DNA of 64,000 bases from Rhodothermia bacterium (lineage in GTDB: Bacteria > Bacteroidota > Rhodothermia > Rhodothermales > UBA2364). The stretch covers positions 128,511 through 192,510 of the forward strand of contig JAFLBZ010000005.1 in the NCBI GenBank assembly GCA_017303715.1, in the 5' to 3' direction. Positions 61,189 to 64,000 of the stretch are shown here, piece after piece (the first letter of the stretch is position 1; each line of letters opens with the position of its first letter). A program made the position numbers and the translations under genes. The notes under the pieces were generated by a model. That model did no database searches and was not told the DNA's origin. It saw only the letters and a list, made by a program, of their open reading frames with translations.

Positions 61189-62172
61189 TCAGTTGGCGTA
61201 CATCACGGCTTTACAAGCCTTAACGATTTCGTCCACTGTTGGAACCCAGAGTTCGATTAGGTTTTTGGCATAGGGCGCCGGAACATCTTTGTTCGTTACC
61301 CGCAAAACAGGCGCATCCAAATGGTCGAAGGCTTCCGCCTGAATGCGATAGGCCACTTCGGACGCAATAGACGCCAACGGATTGCTCTCGTCCACCACCA
61401 CACAACGGTTGGTTTTCCGAACGGAGTGAAGTACGGTCGGGATGTCCATCGGGCGTATGGTGCGCAAGTCAATGACCTCGGCTTCGTAACCCATTTTTGA
61501 AAGTTCCTCGGCGGCGGTCATGACCGTCCAATATGCCTTGTTCCACGTTACGATGGTGACGTGTTTCCCTTCGCGCCCAATCCGTGCCTTGCCAATCGGA
61601 ATCAAATAGTCTGGATGGTCAGACACTTCGCCTTTCATGCCATACATTACCTCCGACTCCATAAACAGCACCGGATCATCGTCACGGATTGCAGATTTAA
61701 GGAGTCCTTTTGCGTCGTCTGGATTAGAGATGGAGATCACCTTGAGACCCGGAACGTTTGCATAAAAGAATTCAAGCGAGTTTGAATGGGTTGCGCCAAG
61801 TTGTCCTGCAGAGCCATTTGGCCCACGAAAGACGATGGGGATGCTGTATTGGCCGCCAGACATGTAGCGAATACGGGCGGCATTGGACAAAATCTGATCT
61901 GCCGCCACCATGCTAAAGTTCCACGTCATAAACTCAATAATGGGGCGTAATCCCATCATTGCTGCGCCCACACCCAGTCCAGAAAAGCCCGTTTCCGAGA
62001 TAGGCGAATCTATCACCCGCTTTTCCCCAAAGTGGTCTAACATGCCTTGACTCACCTTATAAGCACCATTGTATTCTGCCACTTCTTCGCCGATAAGGAA
62101 CACATTTTCGTCGCGCTCCATTTCTTCCCACAACGCCGCACGAAGGGCTTCCCGTAATTGTAATATTGCCAT
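61189..62172 (-). CDS. pdhB: Pyruvate dehydrogenase E1 component, beta subunit
   Basis: REALRAALWEEMERDENVFLIGEEVAEYNGAYKVSQG and VIDSPISETGFSGLGVGAAMMGLRP are present. Confidence 0.9.
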   Translation of the reverse strand: MAILQLREALRAALWEEMERDENVFLIGEEVAEYNGAYKVSQGMLDHFGEKRVIDSPISETGFSGLGVGAAMMGLRPIIEFMTWNFSMVAADQILSNAARIRYMSGGQYSIPIVFRGPNGSAGQLGATHSNSLEFFYANVPGLKVISISNPDDAKGLLKSAIRDDDPVLFMESEVMYGMKGEVSDHPDYLIPIGKARIGREGKHVTIVTWNKAYWTVMTAAEELSKMGYEAEVIDLRTIRPMDIPTVLHSVRKTNRCVVVDESNPLASIASEVAYRIQAEAFDHLDAPVLRVTNKDVPAPYAKNLIELWVPTVDEIVKACKAVMYAN

Positions 62173-62214
62173 AATACGTTATATTTGAGTTTAAAACCGT
62201 TTCGGATGTCCGAA

Positions 62215-63375
62215 TCAGCAGATGAAGGGGTAATCTTGTTGTACATAAACATCCTCCCACATGGTTTCGGTGGGTGGGAATGCACTATTTTCCGCAAAAC
62301 TCACGCTATCCAACGCAATTTGGTTGATCTCTTCGTCCCACGCATCAATTTCTTCAGCGGTTGCGAGACCCTTGTTTTCGAGGTACAACTTTAGGCGGAT
62401 AATGGGGTCTTGGTTCTGACGGTTTTCCATTTCCTCTTTTGTACGATACTTCTGTGGGTCGGACATGGAGTGGCCCCGATAGCGGTAGGTACGAATTTCC
62501 ACAAAGCTTGGTTCGCCTTTCCGTGCCCATTCTACGTGTTGTTTAAGTTGTTTATAGACCTGCAACACATCCATGCCATTAATCAATCCGCAGTGCATTC
62601 CATAAGCTTCACCGCGTTTGTATAGTTCGAGTGTAGCCGAGGAGCGATCCACCGCTGTTCCCATGCCATAGATATTGTTTTCGACAATAAACACCACAGG
62701 TAAATTATAAAGCCCAGCCAAATTTGCAGCCTCGTGAACCGCTCCTTGTTGTGCCGCGCCATCACCCATAAAGGCCAAGCAGACATTATCCGTGCCTTTA
62801 TATTTAAGGCCGAAGGCAATTCCAGCACCAACCGGAATTTGCCCACCGACGATGCCGTGGCCGCCGCACATGCCATTTTTTTTATCAAAGAAGTGCATAG
62901 AGCCGCCTTTTCCACGAGAATAGCCGTCTATCCGGCCAAACAGTTCGGCCATACAGCCATTAGGGGTCATGCCTAATGCCAAGCCGAGGCCATGATCTCG
63001 ATAGGCGGTTATCACCTGATCTTCCCCAATGCGCAGGACATGCCGCACAGCAGCCGATATGGCTTCTTGCCCATTATAGAGGTGCAAAAATCCACCAATA
63101 CGTTGGCGGCCATAGGCTTGCGCCGCACGCTCTTCGAAGCGCCGTTGAAGCATCATATTGCGGTACATATCGCACACGGCTTCGTCGCTCAGCCCCAATG
63201 CCCGATGGTCGTTATCGTCAATCGGCGCCAAGTCAATCAGGCGGTCTATACTGTCATAAGCGGTCATAGGAGCAACTCCATTGGTTTTGCCTGTTTCCGA
63301 AAGGCCGGTTTCTTGTTTTTTCTTTGCCATGAATCCGGGTTTTAAGGGTAAATGTTCTAAATCAAATCGGGACAA
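62215..63375 (-). CDS. pdhA: Pyruvate dehydrogenase E1 component, alpha subunit
   Basis: The TPP motif is FMGDGAAQQGAVHEAANLAGLYNLPVVFIVENN. YRYRGHSMSDP is also present. An alternative start at 63330 (MAKKKQ) is possible. Confidence 0.88.
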   Translation of the reverse strand: MSRFDLEHLPLKPGFMAKKKQETGLSETGKTNGVAPMTAYDSIDRLIDLAPIDDNDHRALGLSDEAVCDMYRNMMLQRRFEERAAQAYGRQRIGGFLHLYNGQEAISAAVRHVLRIGEDQVITAYRDHGLGLALGMTPNGCMAELFGRIDGYSRGKGGSMHFFDKKNGMCGGHGIVGGQIPVGAGIAFGLKYKGTDNVCLAFMGDGAAQQGAVHEAANLAGLYNLPVVFIVENNIYGMGTAVDRSSATLELYKRGEAYGMHCGLINGMDVLQVYKQLKQHVEWARKGEPSFVEIRTYRYRGHSMSDPQKYRTKEEMENRQNQDPIIRLKLYLENKGLATAEEIDAWDEEINQIALDSVSFAENSAFPPTETMWEDVYVQQDYPFIC

Positions 63376-63570
63376 TATACGCTATACTTCCGTTTACCTG
63401 AAACCTGTTACACAAAAAAACCAACCTTCGGGCGATACAAGCACATTTGGAATCGCTTCCAAACACTGCCTTCACATATCTTTTATTTTTTTCATGTTTC
63501 ATTTTCACTTCTATAAACAATGGTGTAACTTAAAACTTCATTTTTTCATCGGATCAATCCGTTTACGTTT

Positions 63571-64000
63571 ATGATGAACTATATATGGGCAGGACTCATT
63601 ATCTTGAGTTTGCTTTTTGCTTTGGGAAAAGACTTCTCCGAAATCAACCAAGATCGGTATCGTAATGGCCAATCGTTACCGGTCTCCTTGCATTTTCCGG
63701 AAGGTTATAAGCCCAATCAGGTTAACCAGCCTATTTCGCTTACCATAAAAGCAAACACCTATGCTCAATTCTACGGTATTGAACACAAAGAAGCCTTAGA
63801 ATACGAAGGAAAAATTCGCAACACGTCTAAAGGTCAAGAGATCAGTTTTGCAGAAGGTGCAACCTTGCCAGAACCCTTGGCCACCATACAGAAGACGACC
63901 AACAAGAAAGGCAAAGACCTTCAGGCTTTTGTAGGAAAACTAAATCTGAAAGGAGATTCGGTCGCTTACGCCTCGGTACGATTTCAGCCTGTACGGTTTG
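63571..64000 (+). CDS. Membrane protein, 3'-truncated by the window edge (possibly a nucleoside-recognition/SpmA-like family member)
   Basis: From the ATG at 63571 the frame stays open to the window end (143 codons). The N-terminus MMNYIWAGLIILSLLFAL resembles SpmA-type proteins. It is absent from the ORF track because there is no stop. Confidence 0.5.
   Translation, partial: MMNYIWAGLIILSLLFALGKDFSEINQDRYRNGQSLPVSLHFPEGYKPNQVNQPISLTIKANTYAQFYGIEHKEALEYEGKIRNTSKGQEISFAEGATLPEPLATIQKTTNKKGKDLQAFVGKLNLKGDSVAYASVRFQPVRF

Noticed and set aside
42467-63345. Long antisense ORFs within GC-richer housekeeping genes (42467..42994, 60465..60989, 62992..63345, 59924..60322 and 31267..31746)
   Set aside because: Each lies opposite a gene with unambiguous family motifs (CoADR, E2, E1 alpha, caspase-PKD) and has Ala/Arg/Ser/Pro-rich composition typical of antisense frames.

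Overview
This 64-kb chromosomal segment appears to come from an FCB-group bacterium (Bacteroidota/Chlorobi/Ignavibacteria-like), because three proteins end in T9SS (Por) C-terminal sorting domains. Housekeeping blocks flank two accessory regions: ddl, nth and gpmI at 1.6-6.5 kb; lrp-rocD, CoADR-rhodanese, a crtI-like gene, cmoBA, murA, an ECF sigma operon, secG and an M28 peptidase at 37-52.7 kb; and pdhABC at 59.8-63.4 kb. (1) Region 10.4-36.4 kb is an envelope-targeted protease island. It holds three caspase-like C14 proteins whose C-terminal modules differ (3xPEGA, FGE/SUMF1, 6xPKD plus a hydrophobic anchor). It also holds two tandem papain-like C1 peptidases with DUF4384-like C-termini, a lipoprotein that looks like a catalytically dead papain paralogue, and a family of small lipoproteins. 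Regulators are a beta-propeller/YYY LuxR one-component protein and a NarL-type HK/RR pair. An 18-bp palindrome, ATCCCT-N6-AGGGAT, recurs upstream of the RR, the HK operon, the C1 peptidase pair and the caspase-PKD gene, which suggests a single regulon. I consider this the candidate undescribed system. A hairpin-rich composite repeat family is interspersed at 28.0-28.8, 35.1 and 36.0-36.3 kb. (2) Region 52.8-59.8 kb is a decayed mobile/defence islet with a PcfJ-like gene, an HNH remnant, vapBC, and an FtsK/SpoIIIE-like ATPase carrying a frameshift and two in-frame stops. I recognised no rRNA, tRNA or CRISPR array. All calls come from reading motifs by eye in the supplied ORF translations and the raw sequence. 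No database search or computation was run.
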